DNA of 64,000 bases, taken from the NCBI GenBank assembly GCA_963841015.1, contig CAWJAX010000003.1, forward strand, positions 128,001 to 192,000. Reading direction: 5' to 3'. This stretch comes from an uncultured Methanoregulaceae archaeon. GTDB lineage: Archaea; Halobacteriota; Methanomicrobia; Methanomicrobiales; Methanospirillaceae. The notes under the pieces were generated by a model. The model did not search any database, had not been told where the DNA came from, and saw nothing but the letters and a program-made list of their open reading frames with translations. This document shows, in pieces, positions 10,204 to 21,550 of this stretch (position 1 is the stretch's first letter; each line of letters begins with the position of its first letter). Both the position numbers and the translations under genes were made by a program.

Positions 10204-11539
10204 CCGCCCGGTTGACCAGCGGATCCATGATTTTGGCGAAGTCGATGTGGGTCTGACACCGGAAGAAGCGATGGCAGAAGCTGAACGGTGCCTCCAGTGC
10301 AAAAAACCGCTCTGTGTGAAAGGATGCCCGGTCAACATTGATATCCCGTCGTTTATCCATGAAGTTGCTGCCGGGGACTTCAAAAAAGCGGCAGTGATCA
10401 TCAGGGAACAAAACATGCTCCCTGCCATCTGCGGACGGGTCTGCCCCCAGGAGGTTCAGTGTGAGGGTGCATGTCTTCTGGGAAACAAGGATATCCCGAT
10501 TGCCATTGGCACACTCGAAAGATTCGTATCAGACTGGGAACGGCAGAACGGTATGGTAATTCCCCATAAAAAAGCTTCAAACCACAGGCGGGTTGCCATA
10601 GTCGGTGCCGGTCCGGCCGGACTTACTGCATCGGCCGAACTGGCCAGAATGGGCTATCACGTGACCCTCTTTGAATCCCTCCATGAGGCTGGAGGAGTAC
10701 TTATGTACGGTATACCCTCTTTTCGCCTGCCTAAGGAAATCGTAAGGGCAGAAATTGACACAGTACTTTCTCTTGGTGTCGATCTGCGTCTTAACCATCT
10801 CGTGGGAAGAAGCGTCACGATACAGGAACTGCTCAGTTATGACGCGGTTTTTCTTGGTACCGGTGCCGGACTTCCGTATTTTATGGGGCTGCCTGGTGAG
10901 AATCTGCCGGGTGTGTATTCGGCAAATGAGTTTCTTACCCGGGTGAATCTGATGCATGCTGATCGCTTTCCGGTATACGATACACCGGTAAAGAAAGGAA
11001 GCAGGGTTGTGGTTGCGGGTGGTGGAAATGTTGCCATGGATGCAGCCCGTGTTGCCCTTCGTCTTGGCGGAAAGGTTACTCTTGTGTATCGAAGACGTGA
11101 GGAAGATCTCCCGGCCAGAGATGCTGAAACGATTCGGGCAAAGGAAGAAGGGATTGAATTTGTCATGTGTGCAAACCCCGTGCGGATTCTTGGTGATCAG
11201 GTAATGACCGGCGTTGAGTGCGTAAAAATGGAGATGTGTGATCTGGACACAACCGGCCGCCCGGAACCAGCCCCTATCAAAGGCAGCCATTTTACTCTTG
11301 ATGCAGATGTATTCATAGCAGCAATCGGGCAGGGACCAAATCCCCTCCTTATCAGTGAACTTCCTGAATTAAAACGTGGGAAAAGAGGCAATGTGATTGT
11401 CGATGAGGAATTCCGGACATCTCTCAGAAAAGTATATGCCGGGGGTGATGTTGCCACGGGCGCTGCAACGGTAATCTGGGCGATGGGAGCGGCCAAGCAG
11501 GCGGCGCACGCTATTGACAGGATGCTGCGAGAAGAGTAG
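10196..11539 (+). CDS. nfnB: NfnB/SudA-like subunit (GltD-like, often annotated gltA)
   Basis: EAERCLQC..CVKGCPV, CGRVCPQEVQCE, GAGPAGL, GGGNVAMDAAR, AGGDVATGAATVI; overlaps nfnA. Confidence 0.85.
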   Translation: MHDRPVDQRIHDFGEVDVGLTPEEAMAEAERCLQCKKPLCVKGCPVNIDIPSFIHEVAAGDFKKAAVIIREQNMLPAICGRVCPQEVQCEGACLLGNKDIPIAIGTLERFVSDWERQNGMVIPHKKASNHRRVAIVGAGPAGLTASAELARMGYHVTLFESLHEAGGVLMYGIPSFRLPKEIVRAEIDTVLSLGVDLRLNHLVGRSVTIQELLSYDAVFLGTGAGLPYFMGLPGENLPGVYSANEFLTRVNLMHADRFPVYDTPVKKGSRVVVAGGGNVAMDAARVALRLGGKVTLVYRRREEDLPARDAETIRAKEEGIEFVMCANPVRILGDQVMTGVECVKMEMCDLDTTGRPEPAPIKGSHFTLDADVFIAAIGQGPNPLLISELPELKRGKRGNVIVDEEFRTSLRKVYAGGDVATGAATVIWAMGAAKQAAHAIDRMLREE

Positions 11540-11658
11540 GAGCGCGATGGGAAAATCACGTTTTTTTTAATTGAAAATTTTCTTATTAAGAAATTTTCGG
11601 TGCAGATAGATCATCTTTCCGGCATTTGAAATAGCGAGTTGTGGTATTTCCCAACCAG

Positions 11659-13236
11659 TTACCCTGTCTGAATTCGCTCCATCACGAGTTCTTTCCCAAA
11701 TATTTTTTCAAACGCCTTTCTCTCAGCTTCAACACCCCATATTTCAAGCTGGCAGTCCCCGCGGGCAACAACTTCGAGATATACAAATTCTTTATCAACA
11801 TGGGAGAAACGCACATGCTGGATCAGAGCAGTATGACTGCGGTCAAGACTTTCTCCAAGCCGGATGAATGTCGAGAGAATCCGCAGGGCTTCCCTCTCCT
11901 GGGAATCCAGCTCGATAATTTCCGGATCTCTTTTTCTTGGGGTTTTTTTCCGGTGAAACCGTGCGATATTTGCCATGAAGGTGATCTCTTTTTGATCGAA
12001 CCCCAGCAGTTCTGAATTTTTTATGATATAATAGGAATGAGCATGATGATTGGTGTAGGAAATGAACGATCCGATATCATGGAGAAATGTTGCATATTCG
12101 AGCAGTTCACGCTCTCTGTCACTAAAGGTATGGAGTTTTTGCTCTTTTGCTGAGTCAAATAATTCAAGAACCAGGCTTGTCACTGTACGGGCATGTACCT
12201 CATTGATCCCGCAGGACCTTCCCAATTGAAGGACACTGCGCTGCCTCGGGGAGAGCTCACCAAGGAGAGGGAATGTATCCATCCTTGAAAGGTAATCCAC
12301 CAGCAGACCGTCCTGCAAGCCCCTTCCGGTAATGGTAATTGAATCAAGCGACAGCTCCTTCATGAACAGATCAAGGATGGCTGCACCTGGTATGATAATG
12401 TCTGCACGTTCAGGATTTATACCCGGTATTTTCCTGCGCTCGTCAAGAGGAAGCGAACAAAGGAGAGTTATGACCTTCCGTAAATCTTTATAAATCAGTA
12501 CATCTTTTCCGGAACTCCCCTCCTGATGAAGGTTTTTGTGAGCAATTTCGGCAAGATTCAGGATAGTTCCGGAACTACCGATAGCAAGATCAGGTTTTTG
12601 TTTGCGAATTTTCTGGACAGAATGAATAATAGTATCCTTAACATGCTGCTGGATTATCTTATACTGGTCCTGAGACACGGGGCTGGTAATACTACCGGAC
12701 AGATAAAGGTTAGAGAGGCGGATAGCCCCCAGTTTGAAGCTTTCAAGATAATGATAATTCCGTTCACCACCAATCGCAATTTCTGTACTTCCGCCACCGA
12801 TATCAATAAAAAATGCCTGCCGATCTCCCAGATGAAATCCACTTGAAACGCCAAGATAAATAAGCCGGGCTTCTTCCTGTCCCGAAATTACACGGACATC
12901 CAGCAGGGCTTCCTGCCGTAAAAGATGTAAGATTTCATGCTGGTTGGTAGCTTCCCTCATGGCAGATGTGGCAACAGCGACAAATTCGTCAGTGTTAAAA
13001 GTCCTGGCAAGTTCTGATAATTTTTTACAGACAATCACCAAACGTTCTATCGCCTCAGGAAGGATCTCTTCTTCCTCAAACTCACCCTCCCCTAGTCTGA
13101 CCTGTTGTTTTTGCTGCGACAGAATGCTGTAAGAATGATTGGGATTTAGCCTTACAACAAGAAGACGGACAGAATTGGTTCCGATGTCAATTAATGATAC
13201 CACACGGCCGTTTGGACCGGGTATCTTGTTTTTCAA
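11659..13236 (-). CDS. ppx: Exopolyphosphatase Ppx/GppA with C-terminal HD domain
   Basis: IDIGTNSVRL, ATSAMREA, ISGQEEARL, DIGGGSTE, RADII, LHDIG. Confidence 0.93.
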   Translation of the reverse strand: MKNKIPGPNGRVVSLIDIGTNSVRLLVVRLNPNHSYSILSQQKQQVRLGEGEFEEEEILPEAIERLVIVCKKLSELARTFNTDEFVAVATSAMREATNQHEILHLLRQEALLDVRVISGQEEARLIYLGVSSGFHLGDRQAFFIDIGGGSTEIAIGGERNYHYLESFKLGAIRLSNLYLSGSITSPVSQDQYKIIQQHVKDTIIHSVQKIRKQKPDLAIGSSGTILNLAEIAHKNLHQEGSSGKDVLIYKDLRKVITLLCSLPLDERRKIPGINPERADIIIPGAAILDLFMKELSLDSITITGRGLQDGLLVDYLSRMDTFPLLGELSPRQRSVLQLGRSCGINEVHARTVTSLVLELFDSAKEQKLHTFSDRERELLEYATFLHDIGSFISYTNHHAHSYYIIKNSELLGFDQKEITFMANIARFHRKKTPRKRDPEIIELDSQEREALRILSTFIRLGESLDRSHTALIQHVRFSHVDKEFVYLEVVARGDCQLEIWGVEAERKAFEKIFGKELVMERIQTG

Positions 13237-14846
13237 CGGATCACCAGCTTCCGTTCAAAAACCCGGTTAAAGAGTTCACTTTTCAGAAGAGCATGTTCTT
13301 TTTCTGCTGTTATGTCGCGTTGTGCAGAAATTTCAAGAATTATTTCATGCGGGTGTATGGTACAGTGAATGGATTCTGATGATCCAAGATGGAGATAATC
13401 CAGACCATCAGCAACCCGAAGGAAAGCAGCAAGCATTAAAACATTATTGCGATCATCAGAGGAAAGGAGGGAAAAAAATCCCTCTGATTCAAAACGGATT
13501 TTTCCCCGGTGGGCTTTTGCAACAATGCCGATAATTCCCCGATCAATAATGTCCAGGGGAAGATTCTCATGTGAGAGTATCATCTCTGCACTGCGTCCGG
13601 AATGCCCTTTTTTTCCGAATTTCCACCCAATATCATGCAACTGACCTGCACACTCAAGTAAGAACCGCTCACGTGCCCCCATCCGGTGCAGTGGTTCAAG
13701 ATCGTCAAACAGCCTAAGGGCAAGATCAGTTACGTTACGACTATGTACTAATCCTTCAGCATAGAGTGCGGCAAGATTGGATACTGCAAGTCTGATATCG
13801 TTATCATGATAAACACCCGAAAACCGGTAGGTGAGTTTCCTTTCGGTGTCCAGATTTTTTCGGAGTTCATCCCAGAGCCGGAAACGCCGGAGTGAGTCCC
13901 ATAACCGTACAAATCGCTGGTAAAGTATTTTTCGTTCTTTCTCCCGTTCAGCCAGGAAATGTTTGTACTTGGTTACTTTACTCACCCGTATATTTTTTCG
14001 CCCGGGAGTTGCCTGAGAGGTTAACCGTTCCTTTACAAGCATGACCATCACCTGATCAATCCAGACATCACAATCATGTAAATCTCCCAGTATTTCCTGT
14101 ATCTTTTTTACACGGGAGAGAGGTTTTTTGAGACCCCTCCTGTAGAGCGGACCGTAAACCTCTATGGTATACCTGAGTTTTTTTGCTGCAATTCGTATGG
14201 CATGGTGTTCTGCAATGGCATCCGGATTATGAACCCATCCTTCATACGAGAGCAGTTTGGAAAGACGTATTGCGATGCGGGAAGCAGCTACCGGTGCGAT
14301 TCCATACGGGGATGGTTTCTTCCTGGTTCTTGTTGCCCGTATTTCCATATCATGAAAAAAAATCCGCATCTCATCAATTACACCACTGTTTTCCAGTTTT
14401 TCAAGTGATGAGACTACAACAGTCTGGAGTTTTGAGCGTTTTTTCTGCAATCCTGAGAGAAGAATAGTCTCCACATCGGCGTTCAAATGAATCGACAGAG
14501 ATATATCTGGTGTATTTGCGTGCATTCTGGCCTGTCGCTTTTTGATGAGTTTTGTTAAAAACGCAATTTGGACATCAGTATCCCGGGCTTCACCCAGTGC
14601 CCGGGCAACCTTTCGTATCTCCTCCATCCATTGCAGGTATTTTTTTTCAGGAAAGCATGAAGCAAAGAGTGGTAGTGCAGCGCGTAACCGGCGGGATGCA
14701 ACCCTCATACGGTGGATATGTTCGATGTCCTGAGCATTTCTGACTCCGTCAATCTCTTTTGAAAATGCATCGAGAAGGGGGAGAATCCGTTGAACACCGA
14801 AAATACATTCCGCTTTTAAGGGGTCAGGTTCCTTAATTACGGTCAT
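13233..14846 (-). CDS. CHAD-domain polyphosphate-binding protein fused to a Ppx-like HD domain
   Basis: IHRMRVASRRLRAAL, LGEARDTDV, HAIRIAAKKLRY, LGDLHDCDV (CHAD); C-terminal HSRNV..LHDIGW..H..LRVADGLD. Confidence 0.88.
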   Translation of the reverse strand: MTVIKEPDPLKAECIFGVQRILPLLDAFSKEIDGVRNAQDIEHIHRMRVASRRLRAALPLFASCFPEKKYLQWMEEIRKVARALGEARDTDVQIAFLTKLIKKRQARMHANTPDISLSIHLNADVETILLSGLQKKRSKLQTVVVSSLEKLENSGVIDEMRIFFHDMEIRATRTRKKPSPYGIAPVAASRIAIRLSKLLSYEGWVHNPDAIAEHHAIRIAAKKLRYTIEVYGPLYRRGLKKPLSRVKKIQEILGDLHDCDVWIDQVMVMLVKERLTSQATPGRKNIRVSKVTKYKHFLAEREKERKILYQRFVRLWDSLRRFRLWDELRKNLDTERKLTYRFSGVYHDNDIRLAVSNLAALYAEGLVHSRNVTDLALRLFDDLEPLHRMGARERFLLECAGQLHDIGWKFGKKGHSGRSAEMILSHENLPLDIIDRGIIGIVAKAHRGKIRFESEGFFSLLSSDDRNNVLMLAAFLRVADGLDYLHLGSSESIHCTIHPHEIILEISAQRDITAEKEHALLKSELFNRVFERKLVIR

Positions 14847-16935
14847 TATACCAGCTTCCCCTATGATCGACCAGCCATGATTGCGCATTCAGAGCTGGCA
14901 TAGCCTCGGAAGGTTCGCGACGTTCGTAAGAACCATCACTTTTTAAAAGGCGACTCTTGATGGTGTCCTGAAGTTGTACAGGAAGAATCGTTGAAATGAT
15001 TGCATTTCGGTTTTTAATATTCTCAATAGGGAAAAGGATTTCCACTCTGCGGTCAAGGTTCCGTGGCATCAGATCGGCACTTCCTAAAAATACCTCTTCA
15101 TTGCCACCATTATGGAAATAATAAATACGGGCATGTTCAAGGAACCGTCCGACAATGGATGTTACGGTAATATTTTCACTTACCCCGGTAATTCCAGGAC
15201 GCAGGCAACAGATTCCCCGGACCTGCAAATCCACTTTTACCCCGGCCTGCGATGCACGATAGAGTGCAGCAATGCAGAGCTGATCGATCAGTGCATTCAT
15301 CTTGAAAATAATGTGCCCATCTCCCCGCTCGTGGTGATGGGCAATTTCCCGGTCTATCCTGTCAATAATCTCATTGCGTAAGGTAACCGGAGCAACCAGC
15401 AGTTTCTGGTAATTCGTAATCCTTGCGTACCCGGTGAGCAGATTGAATACGTTTGCAACATCATCACCTTTTTCTTTATCACAGGTAAAAAGGCCAAAAT
15501 CTGTATAAATTCTGCTTGTGGTGGCGTTATAATTGCCGGTACCCAGATGCAGGTAACGTCGTATTCCATCTTTCTCACGACGAACAACCATACAGAGTTT
15601 TGAATGGACTTTGAGTCCTACCACGCCGTAGACAACATGGACCCCTTCATTTTCAAGTGCACGTGCCCATCCGATGTTATTTTCTTCGTCAAACCTTGCT
15701 TTCAGTTCGATTAATGCAGCTACATCTTTTCCGTTCTCGCGTGCTTCCAGAAGGGCATTCACGATGGGGGACTTTGAACCGACACGGTACAGGGTCATCT
15801 TGATAGCAAGAACGTCCGGATCATATGCGGCCTGGCGCAGGAAATTTACTACAGGTGAGAAACTATCGTAAGGGTGATATAAAAGAATGTCATGATGGCG
15901 GATTGCAGAAAAGATGTCGGTACCTTCTGCCAGATCTGACGGGAGGGAAGGCTGGAAAGGTATATCTTTCAGATCCGGACGGTCAAGAGCGAGGAGCTGC
16001 ATGAGATCAGCCATCCCGATAGGATGACCGACACGGTAGAGCATATTGGGCGTTACTCCCAGTTTCTTTTCAAGCATATGGCAGATCCCGTCATGCATGG
16101 AACACTCAAGCTCGATACGTACCGGTTTTCCCCGTGCACGCTGCTCCATCACCTCCTCAACAGTTGTGAGAAGGTCAGAAGCATCATCTACCTCGATATC
16201 GATATCGGCATCACGGGTAATCCTGAATGGAGAAGATGCAATAACTTCCATTCCCGGGAAAAGCTTGTCGAGATTTGCTGAAATGAGATCTTCAAGGTAA
16301 ACATAATGTACAGACGCGTCACCCCCGGATTCCCCGCTGTTTTCAGGGGGAATTTTTATAAGTCTTGAAAAGAGGTTTGTCGGAACTTTAACCCTTGCAA
16401 AAAAATCCTTGTTGTTCTGGTTTCGTACAACAATTGCAAGGTTAAGTGAACGATTTGAAATAAATGGAAACGGATGAGCGCTGTCAAAGACAAGGGGTGT
16501 CAGGACGGGAAAAATCTCATCAATAAAGTATTTACGCATCTGTTCTTTTTGCCGGTCTGGAAGATCTGTATACAGATGAATATAGATCCCTTCGGTTGCA
16601 AGTTTCGGTAAAATATCCTTGTGCCAGGTATCATACAGCATTGAAAGATCAGGAAGAAGCATCTGCCGGATTGCCTCCAGCTGTTGTTGAGGTGTCATCC
16701 CATCCGGAGGTGATTTAAGGACACCTTTTTCCAGTTGGCGCTGGAGACCCGAAACCCGGACCATGAAGTATTCATCCAGATTGTTGGCAAATATCGCCAG
16801 GAACTTCACCCGTTCAAGCAAGGGATGGCTTTCATCCCTGGCCTCATCCAGAACATGCCGGTTGAACCGGGTCCAGCTTACCTCACGGTTAATATACAGT
16901 GTTGAATTTTCCAGATCAATTACTTCATTATCCAT
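14833..16935 (-). CDS. ppk1: Polyphosphate kinase 1
   Basis: NREVSW, NLDEYFMVRV, HPFPFI, ELKARFDEENNI, KVHSK, GTGNYN, GRFLEHAR, SADLMPRNLDRRVE. Confidence 0.97.
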   Translation of the reverse strand: MDNEVIDLENSTLYINREVSWTRFNRHVLDEARDESHPLLERVKFLAIFANNLDEYFMVRVSGLQRQLEKGVLKSPPDGMTPQQQLEAIRQMLLPDLSMLYDTWHKDILPKLATEGIYIHLYTDLPDRQKEQMRKYFIDEIFPVLTPLVFDSAHPFPFISNRSLNLAIVVRNQNNKDFFARVKVPTNLFSRLIKIPPENSGESGGDASVHYVYLEDLISANLDKLFPGMEVIASSPFRITRDADIDIEVDDASDLLTTVEEVMEQRARGKPVRIELECSMHDGICHMLEKKLGVTPNMLYRVGHPIGMADLMQLLALDRPDLKDIPFQPSLPSDLAEGTDIFSAIRHHDILLYHPYDSFSPVVNFLRQAAYDPDVLAIKMTLYRVGSKSPIVNALLEARENGKDVAALIELKARFDEENNIGWARALENEGVHVVYGVVGLKVHSKLCMVVRREKDGIRRYLHLGTGNYNATTSRIYTDFGLFTCDKEKGDDVANVFNLLTGYARITNYQKLLVAPVTLRNEIIDRIDREIAHHHERGDGHIIFKMNALIDQLCIAALYRASQAGVKVDLQVRGICCLRPGITGVSENITVTSIVGRFLEHARIYYFHNGGNEEVFLGSADLMPRNLDRRVEILFPIENIKNRNAIISTILPVQLQDTIKSRLLKSDGSYERREPSEAMPALNAQSWLVDHRGSWYNDRN

Positions 16936-17089
16936 GGAGTGCCCTCAATACGATATCGGCAAATATCCCCTGTATAGGGAACAAACTGATATCTTCTGGT
17001 AAATATTATACTTCCTTTGTTGGGTATATATTTAGATATATTGTCCTCGTTCACAGACGAAAAAAGAAAAATTTCAGTGAAGTTTGGAG

Positions 17090-17764
17090 TTACCCATTGA
17101 AATTATGGAATTTGTGGCAGTGTTCAATGAACTCCTGTTTTCGGTGTTCGCTTGAATGTACCGGGGGCCGGAGATACCCGATTTCAGGAGTCTGGAGGGC
17201 CGGACAAAAAGGGCAGAGCGCTGCATCCACATCATTGGCTTTTTCCCGTACCGGGCAATAGTAGATCCCACTGATAAACTGGACAGAGTCACCTCCAGGA
17301 AATGGTGTTCCTGCCGGATGTCCTGGTTCATTCATCACAAGCATACAGAACCCGGCAAGGAGATATTTTAAGAACCGGATTTCAGGTGCATCTCCTCCGA
17401 CATCCCTCTGGCATTGCTCTGCTGTCATATCCCAGTACTTTTTCTGATGCTCAGTGACGGGTTCGCACATTGTTTTGAAAACAGCCTGTTGTCGTAAAAG
17501 GCGTATCCGCTGGTAGGTTCCCAGCAGGTGTTCGGTGATCTTTTTTCCGAGCTGGTCCCGGTATTCCGGTGTTATGTCCTGGATCTTGTTGTTAAAATTC
17601 TGTTTCATCCGCTGGATTTCAACCGGTGAATGCTGCAACACAAGGAGCGAAATGCGTTCTCCCAGATCACCCCGGTTTTTTGCCTGTTGTAATTCACGGC
17701 ATTTCTGATCAATAGTTTGTTGACCGGCAGAGGTACCAGGTGGATTATTGAGCGTGCTGGACAT
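17090..17764 (-). CDS. DUF2115/UPF0305 methanogen protein
   Basis: EPGHPAGTPFPGG...YYCPVREK......LCPFCPA motif. Confidence 0.85.
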   Translation of the reverse strand: MSSTLNNPPGTSAGQQTIDQKCRELQQAKNRGDLGERISLLVLQHSPVEIQRMKQNFNNKIQDITPEYRDQLGKKITEHLLGTYQRIRLLRQQAVFKTMCEPVTEHQKKYWDMTAEQCQRDVGGDAPEIRFLKYLLAGFCMLVMNEPGHPAGTPFPGGDSVQFISGIYYCPVREKANDVDAALCPFCPALQTPEIGYLRPPVHSSEHRKQEFIEHCHKFHNFNG

Positions 17765-17896
17765 TTTATCAGGATATGGTTGTTGTGAATACTATGAGGA
17801 TTAGTACCATATACTTTTGTGGAATCAGATTCACTGGTATGTCCGAATGTTTTTATATTCTCCTTCCCTACTCCATACTATGGTGATTTGCCATGA

Positions 17897-19411
17897 GTGA
17901 ATGTTTTATTTGTTGAAAACCTGCGCTTTTTAGACACTACATTACGGGACGGGGAACAGACCCCGGGTGTTTCGTTAAACCCGAACCAGAAATGCGAGAT
18001 TGCAACAAGACTTGCCGATATAGGCATTGATGTTATCGAAGTTGGTTCTGCTGCTGCTTCAGAAGGCGAGCGGGATGCAATAAAGGTCATATCAGAGGCC
18101 GGACTTTCTGCTGAGATTTGTACCTATGTCCGGGCTCTTCGGCAGGATATCGATTTTGCCGCAGACTTTGGTGCAGATTCGGTTCATCTTGTCATACCAG
18201 TAAGTGACCTGCATATAGCAAAAAAAATGAGAAAGACCCGTGCTCAGGTCGCAGAGATGGCATATGATTCTATAGAGTATGCGAAGAGCCGGGGGCTCAT
18301 CGTGGAACTTTCCGGTGAAGATGCCTCAAGGGCTGATCAGGTGTTCCTGCAGGGGATTTTTTCCGAAGGTGTTCTCCGCGGAGCAGACCGGCTCTGTTTC
18401 TGTGATACGGTCGGACTCCTGACTCCTGAAAAGGTAGCAGACTTTATCCCCCCGCTTGCATCCATCGCACCGCTCTCCATCCACTGTCATGACGATCTTG
18501 GTTTTGCGCTTACCAACACGATGGCGGCCCTGAAGTCAGGTGCTTCCTGTGCCCATGTGACCGTTAATGGTCTTGGCGAGCGGGCAGGCAATACCCCGCT
18601 TGAAGAGGTTGTCATGGCGCTTGAGATCCTCTACAACTATCACACAGGTATCAAAAAAGAGGAGATCTACCATCTTTCTACGCTGGTCTCGCGTTTGACC
18701 GGTGTCCCGTTGCCAGTCAACAAGGCAATTGTAGGTGAGATGGCCTTTACTCATGAAAGTGGTATCCATGCCCATGGGGTGATGCGTGAACCATCAACCT
18801 ACGAGTCGATCAAACCAGAAATGATTGGGAGGAAGCGCCGTATTGTGCTTGGAAAGCATTCGGGCACAGCATCCGTAGAATCTGCACTCAATGAGATGAG
18901 TTACAAGGCAGATGACCTTCAGATAAAAGAGATCGTTACAAGGATCAAGCAGCTGGGGGATGCAGGCAAACGGGTAACTGATACTGATCTGATGGCGATT
19001 GCCGATGCAGTGCTGGCTATCGAAAGTAAACCGATCATCACTATGCGACAATTTACCGCCTTGTCCGGCAGCAATATGATCCCGACCGCTTCTGTTACGC
19101 TTGTAGTAAATGGGCAGGAAATGACTGGCGCAGCTACCGGTGATGGACCTGTTGATGCGGCAATGGAAGTACTGCGCAAATGTGTTGCAGATGTAGCTGA
19201 TATCCGGCTTGAAGAGTACCATGTGGATGCCATCCAGGGTGGAACAGATGCACTGGTCGACGTAACAGTAAGATTAAGTAAAGACGGGAAGATAATTACT
19301 TCACGCGGCGCTCGCACGGACATCATTATGGCAAGTGTCGAGGCGATGATCGCCGGCATGAACAGACTATTGAGGGAGGAACATGAAAACCGGGGCAAAA
19401 ATCCTCGTTGA
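17897..19411 (+). CDS. Citramalate synthase / 2-isopropylmalate synthase family (probably CimA)
   Basis: [45 protein letters not shown] and C-terminal regulatory domain; heads the ilvBN operon. Confidence 0.9.
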   Translation: MNVLFVENLRFLDTTLRDGEQTPGVSLNPNQKCEIATRLADIGIDVIEVGSAAASEGERDAIKVISEAGLSAEICTYVRALRQDIDFAADFGADSVHLVIPVSDLHIAKKMRKTRAQVAEMAYDSIEYAKSRGLIVELSGEDASRADQVFLQGIFSEGVLRGADRLCFCDTVGLLTPEKVADFIPPLASIAPLSIHCHDDLGFALTNTMAALKSGASCAHVTVNGLGERAGNTPLEEVVMALEILYNYHTGIKKEEIYHLSTLVSRLTGVPLPVNKAIVGEMAFTHESGIHAHGVMREPSTYESIKPEMIGRKRRIVLGKHSGTASVESALNEMSYKADDLQIKEIVTRIKQLGDAGKRVTDTDLMAIADAVLAIESKPIITMRQFTALSGSNMIPTASVTLVVNGQEMTGAATGDGPVDAAMEVLRKCVADVADIRLEEYHVDAIQGGTDALVDVTVRLSKDGKIITSRGARTDIIMASVEAMIAGMNRLLREEHENRGKNPR

Positions 19412-21050
19412 ATCACTGCAGCGCGAAGGAGTCGAGATCATCTTTGGCTACCCTGGCGGTGTGGTGCTGCCGATCTATGATGAACTCTACAATTCATCAC
19501 TGCGGCACATTCTGGTACGGCACGAACAGGCAGCAGCGCATGCCGCGGACGGGTATGCACGGGCGAGCGGTCGTGTAGGGGTATGCCTCGCTACATCAGG
19601 CCCTGGAGCATGTAATCTCGTAACCGGTATCGCCACGGCATATATGGACTCAGTTCCCCTTGTTGCACTTACCGGGCAGGTTCCTACAAACCTGCTGGGG
19701 AATGATGCCTTTCAGGAATCTGACATAACCGGCATTACCATGCCGATTACCAAGCATAATTATCTTGTCAAGGATACTGCCGATCTCGGGCGGGTAGTTC
19801 AGGAAGCGTTCTATATTGCGGGAACCGGCCGGGTCCCGTCCTGATCGATATCCCCAAAGATGTGAGTACAAAGGTCATCAAAGCACCTCCTGTCCCAGAA
19901 AAGGTGATATTACGCGGGTACAACCCGACCTATCGCGGTCACAAACGCCAGATCGAAAAGGCACTTCAGCTGATCACCGCAGCCGAACGACCGGTGATCT
20001 ATGCCGGTGGTGGCGTTATGTTATCCAATGCATCCGCCGAGCTCGTGGATTTTGCAACACATCTGGGTATTCCTGTCACAACTACTCTTATGGGAATCGG
20101 ATGTATTCCCGGGGATCACCCGCTCAACCTGGGTATGCTCGGGATGCATGGCACGGAATATGCCAACTTCGCCATCACGGAAAGTGATGTGCTGTTTTCA
20201 ATCGGTGTGCGTTTTGATGACCGCGTAACCGGTAAGACAGATACATTTGCACCCCATGCAAAAATCATTCATATCGATATTGATCCTGCAGAAATCGGGA
20301 AAAACAAGCGTGTTGATGTGCCGGTTGTCGGGGACGTAAAGGCTGTCTTACAGGATATGCTCTCGATGCTGAAAAAGAACGGCCAAAAGGATACCTGGCT
20401 TAAGAAGATAAAACACTGGAAACAGCATCACCCGCTCAAGTGTCCGCAGGATGGCAGGCTTCACCCGCAGTATGTGATTCGGCAGATGAGCGAGCTCTTG
20501 GAAGGTAATGCGATCATTGTGTCAGAAGTCGGGCAGAACCAGATGTGGACAGCCCAGCACTATTGCTTCAAACATCCACGGACCTGGATAACCAGCGGAG
20601 GGCTTGGTACGATGGGGTACGGTCTTCCTGCAGCTATGGGAGCGCACTTTGCACGGCCTGACCTTCCCGTTTTCGATGTTGCCGGTGATGGAAGCATCCA
20701 GATGAACATCCAGGAGTTTGGTACAATCTCCCACAACAAAATCCCGGTCAAGATTGCGATCCTCAACAACAGGTTCCTCGGCATGGTGCGACAGTGGCAG
20801 GAGCTTTCTATGACCGGCGCTATTCATTCACCGAGCTTCCCCCGTTGAGTTTGTCAAGATCGCCAATGCGTACGGTATTGAGGGTGTTAAAGTGGAATCT
20901 CCTGATGAGGTGATGCCTGCACTTAAGGCCGCACTTGACTGTGATGGTCCGTTTGTCATGGACTTCCGGATCGAACGCGAAGAGAATGTGTTCCCCATGG
21001 TTCCTGCCGGTGCTGCAATCAATGAGATGATAGGGGGACACCCAAGATGA
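19383..21050 (+). CDS. ilvB: Acetolactate synthase large subunit, interrupted by three apparent frameshifts (~19830, ~20807, ~20841)
   Basis: [15 protein letters not shown] in 19383..19844; GLGTMGYG and GDGSIQMN in 19862..20848; C-terminus [11 protein letters not shown]...[19 protein letters not shown] ends at 21050. Confidence 0.92.
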
Positions 21051-21550
21051 AACCGCACACGCTATCCATACTGGTCGAGAACAAGGCCGGTGTCCTTTCA
21101 AGGGTTACCGGTCTCTTCTCCCGGCGAGGATTTAATATCGAGAGCCTTGCGGTGGGTCCCTGCGAGGAGCCCGGTATGAGCCGGATTACCATTGTCGTGA
21201 TCGGTGATGATGAAAAAATTGAACAGGTAATGAAGCAGCTCAATAAACTCATTGATATCATCAAGGTCTCTGATTTGACAGAAAATGAGCGGGTGGAACG
21301 GGAACTCGCCCTTATCAAGGTGACCGCAGAACAAGGTACTTCCCGTGCTGAGATCATGCAGATTGCCTCAATTTTCCGGGCACAGATAGTTGATGTTGGA
21401 GCTAAGTCCCTTATTCTTCAGGTAATTGGCGATACGGAAAAGATCGATGCTCTGGAAAAACTGCTCCGTCAGTACGGTGTAAAGGAATTTGTCCGGACAG
21501 GAACGATCGGTATTCTCCGCGGATCAAAGACTGTAACAAGCGGAAAATAA
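21047..21550 (+). CDS. ilvN: Acetolactate synthase small (ACT) subunit
   Basis: LVENKAGVLSRVTGLFSRRGFNIESL, ERELALIKV. Confidence 0.96.
   Translation: MKPHTLSILVENKAGVLSRVTGLFSRRGFNIESLAVGPCEEPGMSRITIVVIGDDEKIEQVMKQLNKLIDIIKVSDLTENERVERELALIKVTAEQGTSRAEIMQIASIFRAQIVDVGAKSLILQVIGDTEKIDALEKLLRQYGVKEFVRTGTIGILRGSKTVTSGK

Noticed and set aside
10577-11290. Long antisense ORFs (e.g. 10577..11290, 34272..35012, 5646..6236)
   Set aside because: They shadow well-conserved genes on the opposite strand and have no motifs of their own.
10196-11539. Glutamate synthase
   Set aside because: No large subunit nearby; pairing with an NfnA-like gene favours a transhydrogenase.
19383-21050. ilvB (and cfbE, hypE, citG-like) as true pseudogenes or programmed frameshifts
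   Set aside because: Indels are mostly in homopolymers or short repeats, downstream frames are intact, and no slippery heptamer with a stimulatory structure is evident. Assembly error is more likely.
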